From a phage, in sequence record PV419677.1: DNA of 64,000 nucleotides; one strand, given 5' to 3'. Within the stretch, counting starts at the first letter, position 1; each line of letters opens with the position of its first letter. A model generated the notes under the pieces. The model saw only the letters and a program-made list of their open reading frames with translations. It ran no database searches and was not told where the DNA came from. A program made the position numbers and the translations under genes. This document shows positions 1 through 9,474 of this stretch, in pieces.

Positions 1-223
1 GTTGTACAACCATAATTTCACGACGACCTTTTGCGTTTGACACGTTCAAGTAGATACCTTTGTTCATGTCTGTTTCTTTATCATATACCGCAATTTTATT
101 GACAGTAAAGATTTTACCACGAATATTTGCAAATGCACATTCAAACGCTTCAGTCAGACCTGCTTCAGCAGCTTGAAGAGCAGACATTTCATATTGTTGG
201 CCAATTTCAAAAGAAGTAATCAT
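1..223 (-). CDS. hypothetical protein, truncated at window edge (gene downstream of dexA)
   Basis: ATG at 221-223 preceded by GAGGA Shine-Dalgarno and the conserved early leader CATCAACTACTGATGAGG; frame stays open to position 1. Confidence 0.4.
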   Translation of the reverse strand, partial: MITSFEIGQQYEMSALQAAEAGLTEAFECAFANIRGKIFTVNKIAVYDKETDMNKGIYLNVSNAKGRREIMVVQ

Positions 224-254
224 TTTGTTATCCTCATCAGTAGTTGATGAGGTG

Positions 255-295
255 ATTATGTCTCTTTCCATTGGCCTTGTACACTACTTTTTATC
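255..295 (-). promoter_or_regulatory. T4-type early sigma70 promoter (-35 TGTACA, -10 CATAAT)
   Basis: minus strand reads AAAAAGTAGTGTACA-N18-CATAAT followed by conserved leader and SD. Confidence 0.5.
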
Positions 296-974
296 GTTTT
301 TTCGGTAAAGATAACGGGTCTGCATCTTCTTCGGAAGGAACTTCATCCAAACCAAGAGCATAGCGCTGGGCATACTTAAGCATCAAAATATCTTTCGCGC
401 AGTCATGCACCGAATCGTGCGCCACAAATCCGTCTAAAGTCCCCTTCGGTAATGGAGTTTCACACATCTTACGGACGAGTGACAGGGCTTCGATTGCTGT
501 TCTGATATCTCGCTGGTTCCAGAATACAACCGGCTCCAGGCCATAGGTATTCAATTCACGCTCGGGAATACCCTCATTGCGCTGTAGGTCACGGATAAGG
601 TCAACAAACAACGGGAAGTCAAAAGACATTCCACGACACCACATAAGGCTTTCGTATTTGTTAATTCCATTACCATTCAGATAATCAATTGCCTGTTGGA
701 TACCGGTCAGAGTATCAACATCTTGCGCAGAAGGAGCCAAGTTAACACGGGCTTCTGCTGATTGCTTTTTCCACCAACCCATGGTTGTTGTATCGAACAG
801 ACGCTTACCTTTTTGGTATTCAAGGCTAAACTTGATACGTTTGCCGCGATTAACCAGGGTTTCGAATGATTCCACAATAACAGGGTCAGATTCGAATGTA
901 ATCAGGGCCAGGTCAATAACGGCTCCCTTCGAGCCGTTTCCCAGAGTTTCAAAGTCAATAATAGCATCAATCAT
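291..974 (-). CDS. dexA: exonuclease A (DEDDh 3'-5' exonuclease)
   Basis: 227 aa; near-colinear with remembered T4 DexA (IIDFETxG N-terminus, CRGMSFDFP, GFVAHDSxHDCAKDI). Confidence 0.9.
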   Translation of the reverse strand: MIDAIIDFETLGNGSKGAVIDLALITFESDPVIVESFETLVNRGKRIKFSLEYQKGKRLFDTTTMGWWKKQSAEARVNLAPSAQDVDTLTGIQQAIDYLNGNGINKYESLMWCRGMSFDFPLFVDLIRDLQRNEGIPERELNTYGLEPVVFWNQRDIRTAIEALSLVRKMCETPLPKGTLDGFVAHDSVHDCAKDILMLKYAQRYALGLDEVPSEEDADPLSLPKKR

Positions 975-1206
975 CGCACATCTCTTTTAATTTTTGAATT
1001 TCACCAGCAACATAGTCGGAGATAAAAATCCCTGGCTCTTCATTGTTAAAATATTCAATCGCGGCCATACGTTTCCGAATAAGATTCAGTTCCAGCAAAA
1101 CGTAATTACCCTGCACGACGATAGTCGGATTATCTTCGAAAAATTCAACCGCGTCCTGAATACCATAGATAAGATTATCTAAATCTTCTTTATGTACTTT
1201 ATACAT
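967..1206 (-). CDS. hypothetical small protein (dda.1 position)
   Basis: ORF trimmed to ATG at 1204-1206 immediately after dda stop at 1199-1201. Confidence 0.45.
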   Translation of the reverse strand: MYKVHKEDLDNLIYGIQDAVEFFEDNPTIVVQGNYVLLELNLIRKRMAAIEYFNNEEPGIFISDYVAGEIQKLKEMCDD

Positions 1207-2527
1207 AATATGCGTCGTACCTCGCTCGTGTGATTCCAACATAAGCCAACTGGCTCGCTAATGAAGCTTCGGCCATATGGATGCATGGAGTATAGATGAA
1301 TGCTTTGTCCACTGAAACGCCTTGGGCCTTGTGGATTGTACTGACCGGAAGAGCACGGACTTTCAAGAAGGTCCTGCGCGCTTTCCAGAAGTCTTTCCAC
1401 TCTGGACGTTTACCAGCGGCTTTCATCTGTTTGTATGTGTCAGCAACTTTCGCCAGATATGCCTGGAATTTTGGTTGCTGGTCTTCTGGTAAAACTTTAA
1501 TGCGGTCAACCTGATATTCTTCATCTTCATCAATTGACTCAACTTCCAGGTCCCAGTAATTAATCACTAACTGGTGCGATTCGCCTTTACAACGGAGAAT
1601 GGTGGAAGTGTATTTGCAATCCTTGATGCGAACCAACTGACCATTATTAAAAATGGTTTCGCTGAATTTCTTACCTTCAAATTCCAGCTCTTTCATGTGC
1701 GGCTCTTGCATAACCAGGACTTCATACGGTAAAAATGCTTTATCCGTTTCATAGAGCTTGCGACGAATAATATTGTTCAGTTTTTCAACTGATTTATTCG
1801 TGTATGCATACATCCTGTTTTCCATCAACATATCAGCATCTTTTACAATACTGAAATAGTTTACCAGGAAATCCTTTAAAGCGGTTTGTGAGGTGAAACC
1901 TTGCACGCCATGACCTTCATACATACAGTCACGGAACCAGCCGCCATTGCGAATTTCTGTCGCCACTTCAATGATAGGAGCATTGCTTCGCATGACCTCA
2001 GTCAGATGAATCTGTTTGAACTTAGGATGCGTAAAGAACGGGCTTATCTTTTGCTGTGTGCTTCCCGGGTCAACTGGCTGCAGCTGGTGCATATCACCAA
2101 TTCCAAGAATAGTGCACCATTTAGGAACAGAGTTAAGAATAATCTTAAACAGAGACCCGTCATACATACTTGCTTCATCACAAACCAGAACATTGCATTT
2201 TGACATGTCAGGCATTTCGCGCTGTTCAAAAACGTTTTGGTCTTCATATGTCGTTGGGTTAATCTTCAAGATACTATGGATTGTATTCGCTGTTTGACCA
2301 GACAATTTAGATAAAACTTTTTTCGCCTGGTGAGTTGGTGCAGCAAGCACAATTCCCATAACTCCATTACGCACTAAGTGGTCAATGACAAATTTTGTCA
2401 GAGTGGTCTTACCTGTGCCAGCTGGACCATTCAGAGTGATACATTCCCCTGAACGTCGCTGAATAGCTTCAGTAATATAATCAAAAGCTTCTTTTTGTCC
2501 TGTGTTCAAGTCTTCAAATTTAATCAT
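1199..2527 (-). CDS. dda: Dda DNA helicase (SF1B)
   Basis: 442 aa; Walker A GPAGTGKTT, Walker B CDEASM; size and position as T4 Dda. Confidence 0.9.
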   Translation of the reverse strand: MIKFEDLNTGQKEAFDYITEAIQRRSGECITLNGPAGTGKTTLTKFVIDHLVRNGVMGIVLAAPTHQAKKVLSKLSGQTANTIHSILKINPTTYEDQNVFEQREMPDMSKCNVLVCDEASMYDGSLFKIILNSVPKWCTILGIGDMHQLQPVDPGSTQQKISPFFTHPKFKQIHLTEVMRSNAPIIEVATEIRNGGWFRDCMYEGHGVQGFTSQTALKDFLVNYFSIVKDADMLMENRMYAYTNKSVEKLNNIIRRKLYETDKAFLPYEVLVMQEPHMKELEFEGKKFSETIFNNGQLVRIKDCKYTSTILRCKGESHQLVINYWDLEVESIDEDEEYQVDRIKVLPEDQQPKFQAYLAKVADTYKQMKAAGKRPEWKDFWKARRTFLKVRALPVSTIHKAQGVSVDKAFIYTPCIHMAEASLASQLAYVGITRARYDAYYV

Positions 2528-2823
2528 GCCAATTTTACTCGCTTAACATATAAAGTATCTAAAATTAATTTCAATTCTCGTGCGTGTTCTTCAGTAGGAA
2601 AAACAGTTTTTGTTTCCCACTTATCAAACCACCATTTTCTAGGTGTGCATACTGTTTCAATACGTCCCATGCGTAAATAGCGCCTTGTAGTATATGAATA
2701 GTTGGCAAGTTCATATTCTGCGCCCACTTTTGTGGTGTATAAGGTAACCTTTCCATCATACTCCAATGGGTGTTCAAAACCATCTTTATCTTTGTGGACC
2801 AGCACATATGCGTAGTACATCAC
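2524..2823 (-). CDS. hypothetical protein
   Basis: 99 aa minus-strand ORF, stop/start overlap with dda. Confidence 0.5.
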   Translation of the reverse strand: MMYYAYVLVHKDKDGFEHPLEYDGKVTLYTTKVGAEYELANYSYTTRRYLRMGRIETVCTPRKWWFDKWETKTVFPTEEHARELKLILDTLYVKRVKLA

Positions 2824-2824
2824 A

Positions 2825-3571
2825 TTAACCTCTAATCAGTTTAAAAATTGACGCGTTCAAAGGCAGACCACGTTTCAGTTTTAATTTACCAATAAAACCA
2901 ATCTTCTCAAAACGCTCAAGACCTTGAATGATTTTATCATAGCAATCAAAAAGCGTTTCAGCATTAGTTAATTTCTTGGTAACTTTCCAGTCATTACCTT
3001 TGAGCAAGACGTTCAATTTAGTAAGCTCATGACCTTCCGCAATACGGGAACCATCAATGCGAGCCTTCAGAGCAACCATTTTTAATTGGTTTTCTTTGGA
3101 CTGCTCTGATTTACTCATTTGAGCATAATGCTTAACGCGATTCTCACGTTTGTGTTGGATGTTCTTGATATGGGTATATGACTTTTTAATCTGTTCCCAT
3201 TTCTCTGCAGACAGATTTAACTTTTCAATCTTCTTGACAGATGGACGAGCAATTTTTACAGCAACATCATCACGACGTTGTTTAAGCTCATCCAGGGACC
3301 AATCAGAACGCATAGTGTTGTATTTCTTTTTAACAGGAATAACATTACCTTTGATATAACCAATGTCATTGTTAAAACGCTCTAATGATAGCTTCTCACC
3401 TTCAATAGAGTTATTAAATGTTTCACCAGAATAAGCACAAACTTTTTGGTCAAGAATGTTAACCAGGTAATTGAAATCCAGGTTAAAGTCCTTGCCACGA
3501 CGTTTAGCAGAAGCTTGAGTGTGTTCCAGGCGACGTTTAACTTTCAGCGTTTTGGTTTTTGATAAAGTCAT
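2825..3571 (-). CDS. hypothetical early protein at the T4 srd position
   Basis: 248 aa basic protein between dda and modA; identity to Srd inferred from position and size only. Confidence 0.4.
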   Translation of the reverse strand: MTLSKTKTLKVKRRLEHTQASAKRRGKDFNLDFNYLVNILDQKVCAYSGETFNNSIEGEKLSLERFNNDIGYIKGNVIPVKKKYNTMRSDWSLDELKQRRDDVAVKIARPSVKKIEKLNLSAEKWEQIKKSYTHIKNIQHKRENRVKHYAQMSKSEQSKENQLKMVALKARIDGSRIAEGHELTKLNVLLKGNDWKVTKKLTNAETLFDCYDKIIQGLERFEKIGFIGKLKLKRGLPLNASIFKLIRG

Positions 3572-3611
3572 GATATTTTTCTCATCTTACGGACGATTTG
3601 GTAACTCAGTA

Positions 3612-3655
3612 TGGATTCATTATACACCATCCATTAGGTGTGTACACTACTTTTT
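3612..3655 (-). promoter_or_regulatory. T4-type early promoter upstream of the srd-position gene
   Basis: minus strand AAAAAGTAGTGTACA-N16-TATAAT then GAATCCATACTGAGTTACC leader. Confidence 0.55.
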
Positions 3656-3706
3656 CGCCTTTAACGCTTTTATTTTTACTGTGTATAATGGTTCTAAGGT
3701 CTTTGG

Positions 3707-4321
3707 TTAGTTCAAAACAGTCAAATGCCAAACAGTATACAGGTTATTCAATGGGTGTGTTTCAATCAAGTCTACGCGGAGCGTAGTCCCAGCGGGAAAC
3801 ATAAACTCATCTTCATCATTAACCAGGTGCAAGTTTGACTTCCTGGTTGCTTCTGGATATGCACCATTGAACTCTTCAGGAGGAGCACCACAAATCATTT
3901 TGAAGATTGCTTCCTGATAGTTATACGCATATGGTGCATTGTTTATGCAGAAAATATTCCTTGTTCCATAGAAACTGTATGATGCGAAATTTCTTGCAAC
4001 CTGCCAGTCCCTGGAAAAACTCATTACACGATTGAATTCAATTGTTGCCCCAACATATCTTAAATCTTCCAGGTATTCCATAGTTTTCTTTGATATACCA
4101 CGGAACAACGCCGCTGGCGGGGCAGTATTCAGATTGTTGCGGATAATCCTGGACAAGTCTTCTTGAATCAGGTCAGGTTTATTTTCCATACACTGCCAGA
4201 GTACTGATTGCTCATTATCTGTATAAAGAGCATCAATCTCCGCTTGACATTGGTTACGAAAAGACTCACTAGAAGCGGCGGTGTCAATAATTCCATTCAA
4301 AACGTCATCAGTGTATAGCAT
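3707..4321 (-). CDS. modA: ADP-ribosyltransferase, ModA-like
   Basis: R-S-E signature (LFRG, SFS, EDEFMFP); about 204 aa after trimming start to ATG at 4319-4321 with SD; position as T4 modA. Confidence 0.65.
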   Translation of the reverse strand: MLYTDDVLNGIIDTAASSESFRNQCQAEIDALYTDNEQSVLWQCMENKPDLIQEDLSRIIRNNLNTAPPAALFRGISKKTMEYLEDLRYVGATIEFNRVMSFSRDWQVARNFASYSFYGTRNIFCINNAPYAYNYQEAIFKMICGAPPEEFNGAYPEATRKSNLHLVNDEDEFMFPAGTTLRVDLIETHPLNNLYTVWHLTVLN

Positions 4322-4352
4322 TTTATTATCCTCATCAGTAGTTGATAGGAAC

Positions 4353-4385
4353 ATCTTAACGTGTCTTATTGTTCTTGTACACAGT
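4353..4385 (-). promoter_or_regulatory. early promoter-like element upstream of modA
   Basis: TGTACA -35, 17-nt spacer, weaker -10 TAAGAT, then conserved CTATCAACTACTGATGAGG leader. Confidence 0.35.
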
Positions 4386-4926
4386 CAAGAACATAATAAT
4401 CATCAATAAATCCAGCATCAACTACCACGAATTTCTGGTCAACTGGAACAAACCATTCAAGCTCGGAATCAATCATGTCCATGTATTCTTCACGCCTTAA
4501 TGTAGCTGCCCGGTCGGAACCAGAAGCTGTATTGAAGAATTCAAGTGGAACATCAAGTGCGATTTTGCGCATCGCATCATGGTAACAAAAAGCTTTGGTC
4601 TGATTCAATCTGACGATAGTCCTAGTCACATATTCCATTGCAGCAAAATCCCTGGCAATACCATAGTCTTCTGTAAAGGAGGTTATCCGTCCAAATTCAA
4701 AAGGTTGCATTGATTCTTTTGCTTCATCTAACAAATCAATCTCTTGCTGGGTTACTCCGCGCCACAAGACTGTATCGGGTATAGACAACCTTGACTTGAT
4801 GATTGAGTTGACATTTGAATGCAAGGTCTTATCAACCTTTGATGTGCGGCATTCAAATAATGAAGCTATCTCCATTTCACTAAATTTTAACTGGTTGGGT
4901 TCGGTATCAGATTTGATGATGTTCAT
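4366..4926 (-). CDS. modB: ADP-ribosyltransferase, ModB-like
   Basis: 186 aa, similar architecture to the adjacent ModA-like gene (LWRG, SFTEDYGIARDF, acidic C-terminal E-x-E region). Confidence 0.6.
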   Translation of the reverse strand: MNIIKSDTEPNQLKFSEMEIASLFECRTSKVDKTLHSNVNSIIKSRLSIPDTVLWRGVTQQEIDLLDEAKESMQPFEFGRITSFTEDYGIARDFAAMEYVTRTIVRLNQTKAFCYHDAMRKIALDVPLEFFNTASGSDRAATLRREEYMDMIDSELEWFVPVDQKFVVVDAGFIDDYYVLDCVQEQ

Positions 4927-4982
4927 AATGGTCTCTCTGTTGTAAGAAAGACCATTATGACATTAGGAGGGGAGTAAGTAAA

Positions 4983-5252
4983 CTACTTAAATACTCCAAG
5001 TGGAACGCCAAAGACTGCAATGTCTACGGCCATACCAATCGGAGATTGATATGATGGAGATTGATATGATGAGTAAGAACTTTTCGATTTTATCGGGGTT
5101 TCGACTTTAATTGTCTCGGATTCAGTCTTAAGCCTTTGTAAACGATTAATTTTTTGTTGCTCGATTTCCTTATGAGCATGTTTACGGTCGATATCCAGCG
5201 CCGATGTGGGAATATTTGTTAACCAGTTCATTGTTTCACCCATGGTGCCCAT
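4983..5252 (-). CDS. hypothetical protein with Ser/Tyr-rich repeat
   Basis: 89 aa; contains SYQSPSYQSP encoded by an exact 15-bp tandem duplication at 5041-5070. Confidence 0.45.
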   Translation of the reverse strand: MGTMGETMNWLTNIPTSALDIDRKHAHKEIEQQKINRLQRLKTESETIKVETPIKSKSSYSSYQSPSYQSPIGMAVDIAVFGVPLGVFK

Positions 5253-5406
5253 GGAGGTGGGTCGTCGTAATATGAGGCCAGGTCGCGTAGAACTTCCAAG
5301 GGGAGGCTAAAACCGTGCTTCTGTATAATCGCATCAAGTTCGTCAACTAGGTCCACACGGGCTTCCGTAGGAGCTTTAGGCTCTTCAAAAAGTTCAAATA
5401 AATCCA

Positions 5407-5889
5407 TTAGTATCCACCGATAGGGCCGTAACCATACATACGAGCGCGCATCTTAGTATCGTGCAGAGCTTCTTCTGTTAAAGTAAAGCGCAGACCAATA
5501 TCAAAGTGTTTCCAAATCTGACGTTCAACTTCAGCAAGGTCTTCAGGTGCAGAAATCAGATATGTGCGACCTTTAAGTCGTTCAGTGGCCATTTTATCTC
5601 TATCTTTATAGAAAATGGTATCTTCGCCATAAAGGTCCGGGTGGCGATAGCCTTTGATGTGTAGAGCTTCGGAAACAGTAAACGGACACCCTTCGGCAAC
5701 ATCAACGTTTTTTCTATGAAATACCTTCAGCATAACGTTTTCTGGCATCGTCAGGTTCATTAATTTTGTTTCCAACTCAGTAACTGAATCCATGCCATTA
5801 TATGGCAAGATAAGACAGGCTGTTGCATCGTAAGGACGTGTCTGTCCAGCGGAATCACGGACATAGAATTCTAATTCATATACTTTCAT
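5407..5889 (-). CDS. hypothetical protein (mrh-region position)
   Basis: 160 aa minus-strand ORF. Confidence 0.5.
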   Translation of the reverse strand: MKVYELEFYVRDSAGQTRPYDATACLILPYNGMDSVTELETKLMNLTMPENVMLKVFHRKNVDVAEGCPFTVSEALHIKGYRHPDLYGEDTIFYKDRDKMATERLKGRTYLISAPEDLAEVERQIWKHFDIGLRFTLTEEALHDTKMRARMYGYGPIGGY

Positions 5890-6031
5890 AATGATTTCCT
5901 CTTACCGACTAATGGACCATCAGGAACTTTATTTTCCTTGATGTACTTTTCGTTTTCTTCCATCATTTTACTGCCAATTTTCAAAAGCAAATCCAGTGCT
6001 TCTTTTGCTCGGCGTTCAGCATCTTCTTGTG

Positions 6032-6226
6032 TCATGATTTATCTCCGTAGATATCACGCATCAGTTTAAGCGCTGCTCGTTCAGTCTTCTTTTCCTGCAT
6101 GGCTTTAAGCCCGTTAACGGCCCATTCTTCGGCTTCGCGCTGCATTTCTTCCTCGGCTCTGGCCACCCAGGAATCATCAATCCCTGGAGTAACCAACCAA
6201 TCTTTAAGCCAACTTGTAATTCTCAT
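6032..6226 (-). CDS. hypothetical protein
   Basis: 64 aa ORF abutting the next gene. Confidence 0.4.
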   Translation of the reverse strand: MRITSWLKDWLVTPGIDDSWVARAEEEMQREAEEWAVNGLKAMQEKKTERAALKLMRDIYGDKS

Positions 6227-6568
6227 TTAATCACACGAGCTGGAAGACGAATCACAGCTTCCCGAATCATAGGAGGAATAAGACGAATCACCGGTCCACG
6301 AACTAACTGCGGCGGCGGTGACCACAATCGAAGTAGTATCGATACTACTTTGCGCTTGGGCTCTTTGTTCTTGCAGTCGAGTTAAACGTTTTTGTAAGTC
6401 TTCTTCTGACATTGTAGAATATAGGTCTTTTGATTTCGATTTGACCACTTCTTCCATCATGCCATCACCCATGTAAGCATATTCTCTTAGCTTAACATCC
6501 GGCAGGCTAACCGGAACCACACCCTCGTTTGGTTTGGTCTTGAACAAATTTTTGAGCCAACTAATCAT
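6227..6568 (-). CDS. hypothetical protein with Ser-rich C-terminus
   Basis: 113 aa; C-terminal DSSYSSYDSGSCDSSSSSCD. Confidence 0.45.
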   Translation of the reverse strand: MISWLKNLFKTKPNEGVVPVSLPDVKLREYAYMGDGMMEEVVKSKSKDLYSTMSEEDLQKRLTRLQEQRAQAQSSIDTTSIVVTAAAVSSWTGDSSYSSYDSGSCDSSSSSCD

Positions 6569-6762
6569 AGGAAACCTCGTTTAAATTCAACTTGACCATC
6601 ATCATAACGGATTTCAATATTGAATTCTAAAGAGTCATCGTCATGCATCATGAATGAATGTACGATAACTTCATCAAACACACCCAATCCGTACTTAAAA
6701 TGGACATCATGGGCAATAATTTCATCTAAAGTTTTGTTTGGTTTAATCCAACGGTTTAACAT
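6565..6762 (-). CDS. hypothetical protein
   Basis: 65 aa ORF, stop/start overlap. Confidence 0.4.
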   Translation of the reverse strand: MLNRWIKPNKTLDEIIAHDVHFKYGLGVFDEVIVHSFMMHDDDSLEFNIEIRYDDGQVEFKRGFL

Positions 6763-6838
6763 AGTATTCTCCTCTGTAATTGAAATAATTATACCGCTTC
6801 TATTAAAAGCAAAAAGGGAACCCGAAGGTTCCCTATAA

Positions 6839-7072
6839 TTAAACTACTGGGGTAGGCGTAAACATCGCCGCGTTCTTAGTTCGCCAATCAGCTGCACTAG
6901 ACGCTACGGTGACATAAGCGGCCTTTTCGGAAGGAAAAGTCTGATAGTGTGCATTCGCAATACGATGCTCATTTGAATAGATTTCAAACGGAACAGATAC
7001 TTCAACACCTTTAACTTCTTTACCTTCACCAGCTGGATGCGTAAAGGTTTTGATATTAACGAAACCACCCAT
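6839..7072 (-). CDS. soc: small outer capsid protein Soc
   Basis: 77 aa; VNIKTF...HYQTFPSEKAAY matches remembered T4 Soc. Confidence 0.85.
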   Translation of the reverse strand: MGGFVNIKTFTHPAGEGKEVKGVEVSVPFEIYSNEHRIANAHYQTFPSEKAAYVTVASSAADWRTKNAAMFTPTPVV

Positions 7073-7113
7073 AATTAACTCCTTTGTTGTTTAATTACGG
7101 GTGTATTTATAAC

Positions 7114-7632
7114 TTAATAACCCCGGTCCTGACGAGCGAAGTTTTCAGCATTTTTCAGGTAATACAGTTTAAAGATTTCTTCTGCTGACAGACCAAGACC
7201 ATGGAACATGTTCAGAACAAAGTGCAGGATGTCAATCATCTCAAATTTAATTTCGAGCTGGTCTTCAGGAGACAACTCATCAATACGACGATTACGGAAT
7301 TCAGCATGTTGGGCTTTCCACGGTTTCCAACAACTTGAGGCTGCTTTCTCGCCATTAGACATACCCCCGAGAGAAGTCAGAAGTTCACGGAATTCATCAT
7401 CGACATAATCTTTCTGGTTGCGAAGCCATGCAACAACATCACCTGCAGTAGCCAATTCATCTGGATGTGAGTTATATTCAGGTTTTTCGGTAGCCAGACG
7501 AACTTGCAATGATTTCTGCATATCAAGCATAATCTGCAGCGGGTCAATACCTTTTGTAATTGCATTGTCATAAGCCAGAGCAGCTTTATCAACGCCAGCA
7601 ATCAGTTGTGAACATTCATTAAAATGAGCCAT
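7114..7632 (-). CDS. 56: dCTP pyrophosphatase gp56 (MazG-like)
   Basis: MAHFNEC start at ATG 7630-7632 with AAGGA SD; about 172 aa; position next to soc. Confidence 0.75.
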   Translation of the reverse strand: MAHFNECSQLIAGVDKAALAYDNAITKGIDPLQIMLDMQKSLQVRLATEKPEYNSHPDELATAGDVVAWLRNQKDYVDDEFRELLTSLGGMSNGEKAASSCWKPWKAQHAEFRNRRIDELSPEDQLEIKFEMIDILHFVLNMFHGLGLSAEEIFKLYYLKNAENFARQDRGY

Positions 7633-7671
7633 TATATTTTTCCTTATCAATTCATGTTATTTTGTATGTTA

Positions 7672-7697
7672 ATTATATCATATTGGTTTGAAGCATA
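7672..7697 (-). promoter_or_regulatory. putative MotA-dependent middle promoter upstream of gene 56
   Basis: minus strand TTATGCTTCAAA (MotA-box-like TGCTTCA) 11 nt upstream of TATAAT. Confidence 0.45.
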
Positions 7698-7717
7698 AAT
7701 ACACGGAAGGGGGATAT

Positions 7718-7915
7718 ATGCTCAAACTATCTAGTCTAATTCAAGCCATCAAAGGCAGTCGTAAGCGAACGATTCTGGTCCTTTCGATACTCTGTTTAGT
7801 TCTACTCTGGAACTTCGTTGTTGCCCCTGTTGCATTGACACATGGTGTTATATTACCAGTCATTGCACTCGAATCAGTTGTAGATATTTTACTGGCATTA
7901 ATCGGCCTTATATAG
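7718..7915 (+). CDS. small hydrophobic membrane protein (opposite strand)
   Basis: ATG at 7718 preceded by GGAAGGGGG SD; 65 aa, two predicted TM helices; sits in the 56-61 intergenic gap. Confidence 0.4.
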   Translation: MLKLSSLIQAIKGSRKRTILVLSILCLVLLWNFVVAPVALTHGVILPVIALESVVDILLALIGLI

Positions 7916-7918
7916 ATG

Positions 7919-7940
7919 GAATAATGTGAATATTATTCCA
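7919..7940. terminator. hairpin between convergent gene ends (possible bidirectional terminator)
   Basis: perfect 8-bp inverted repeat GGAATAAT...ATTATTCC. Confidence 0.35.
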
Positions 7941-8033
7941 TCGGATTTGGAAATTAACCAGTAAGAAAGACAAGAAACATCATGGGCTTTTTAGCTCTTG
8001 ATGTTTTTCTGCGGAACTTACCGGAATTCCTTC

Positions 8034-9062
8034 CTAAACTTTTGCGTACTTCGAAAGTCGCATTCTCGCCATCAACCCTTGAGCAACGTTATCGGCCATA
8101 TATGATTCGATTTGTTCAGGGGTTGCGCCCTCCGATTTAACCATCTCATTTATGTCTTTCGTATGCCATGGTGCATTGTCCCAGAACATAACGGCTTCAC
8201 CCGCTTCAACGAGCTTCTTCATACGTTTAATCGTATCCGGATGTCTTGGCTCGTTGTCCATTACCCATACTCGGGTTTCAGCATAAGGAACGGCTTCCAA
8301 TGCTAATGTTCCACCAGTTATCGCAATGCTGTTAGGGATAAACAAACTATCAATCGGACCTTCCATTACCCACACGCGCTTGCGCTCATCAATCTTGTCT
8401 ACGCCATAGACTTTGGAAGCTTCTGGGTGAGCTTTGATTGTGATATATTTTTGTGGTGCATCTTTGCGAAGAGCTCGTCCTTGGAAAGATTCGATTTCTT
8501 TTTTGCCGTTGAAGATAGGAATAACCAAGCGTGGTTCATTCGTTTCATTCTTATACGTCCCAGGATTAACGGAGTTAACTAATGCAGGCCATTTGTTTGT
8601 AAACCATAACCGGTTCCAAACATTGCTCGGAATACACCGACTTTTTACATACTTAACTATCGGATGCTCTTCTGGTAAAGTATCAATTCTTTCACAAAAA
8701 GCAAGCTCTTCAATAACCGGAGTTTTTTCTGGTTCTTTCGGAGCTTCTGCAACTTCATTACGTTGTCGACCGAAGGCATTCTCCTTATACTTCTCAACCA
8801 TATATTCCCGGTGCAAATCCGGCTCAAACTCTTTTATGTATTTGCTTATATGCGTGGAGTAGTCACAGTTAAAACATTTCACGTAAACCGCACCATCAGA
8901 CGGATTGGTATACGCCCAGAATCGAGCCTTGTGCGAATCTTTCTGGGAGTCACCACAAACCTTGCAACGACAGTTTGCCTTAAATGTGCTCCCGGTGACT
9001 TCTCTATAACGTGGTTGATACGATAAAGCTCTGACTGCAAATTCTCTATCAATATATGACAT
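8034..9062 (-). CDS. 61: DNA primase gp61
   Basis: 342 aa; N-terminal zinc ribbon CKVCGDS...CFNC, TOPRIM-like core; size as T4 gp61. Confidence 0.9.
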   Translation of the reverse strand: MSYIDREFAVRALSYQPRYREVTGSTFKANCRCKVCGDSQKDSHKARFWAYTNPSDGAVYVKCFNCDYSTHISKYIKEFEPDLHREYMVEKYKENAFGRQRNEVAEAPKEPEKTPVIEELAFCERIDTLPEEHPIVKYVKSRCIPSNVWNRLWFTNKWPALVNSVNPGTYKNETNEPRLVIPIFNGKKEIESFQGRALRKDAPQKYITIKAHPEASKVYGVDKIDERKRVWVMEGPIDSLFIPNSIAITGGTLALEAVPYAETRVWVMDNEPRHPDTIKRMKKLVEAGEAVMFWDNAPWHTKDINEMVKSEGATPEQIESYMADNVAQGLMARMRLSKYAKV

Positions 9063-9094
9063 AGTTTCCTCATTTCAATGCCCCCGAAGGACCA

Positions 9095-9262
9095 TTATAC
9101 TGTAGGTTTATCGTCTTTATTCTTACGCTTTTTTGATGGGATTTGTTCAGGGCCTTTATTGACAACTGCCCCGGAAGTGGTACCTGTTGCGATATTAGTT
9201 GGGTTTCCACCTGCATCACCGGCAACCATATCTTCGTTGATAAAATCTTTGAATGTTTTCAT
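9095..9262 (-). CDS. small protein with capsid-targeting-like N-terminus
   Basis: ATG 9260-9262 with AAGGGGG SD; 55 aa; N-terminus MKTFKDFINED resembles the T4 internal-protein CTS. Confidence 0.45.
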   Translation of the reverse strand: MKTFKDFINEDMVAGDAGGNPTNIATGTTSGAVVNKGPEQIPSKKRKNKDDKPTV

Positions 9263-9278
9263 AACACCCCCTTTCCGC

Positions 9279-9286
9279 TATTTATA
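9279..9286 (-). promoter_or_regulatory. T4 late promoter-like TATAAATA
   Basis: exact TATAAATA on minus strand about 17 nt upstream of the ATG of the 9095-9262 gene. Confidence 0.4.
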
Positions 9287-9473
9287 CAACGAAGATAGCT
9301 TTATCACCATTTGCATCAGTCACTTCATAAGTGTCTTCATGATACAACGGAATAATCCAGGTAACACCATCATCAGCGATAACATGGATTGCTTCTTGGT
9401 CTTGCGACACGATTTCATATTCTTCAAAAATCTGGAAGACCGAAATCTTAGAGCCCGTACACATTGCAGTCAT
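9282..9473 (-). CDS. hypothetical protein
   Basis: 63 aa acidic ORF. Confidence 0.4.
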   Translation of the reverse strand: MTAMCTGSKISVFQIFEEYEIVSQDQEAIHVIADDGVTWIIPLYHEDTYEVTDANGDKAIFVV

Positions 9474-9474
9474 A

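Noticed and set aside
5041-5070. Exact 15-bp tandem repeat (GGAGATTGATATGAT twice)
   Set aside because: Only two copies, inside a coding region, encoding SYQSPSYQSP; not a CRISPR array or regulatory repeat.
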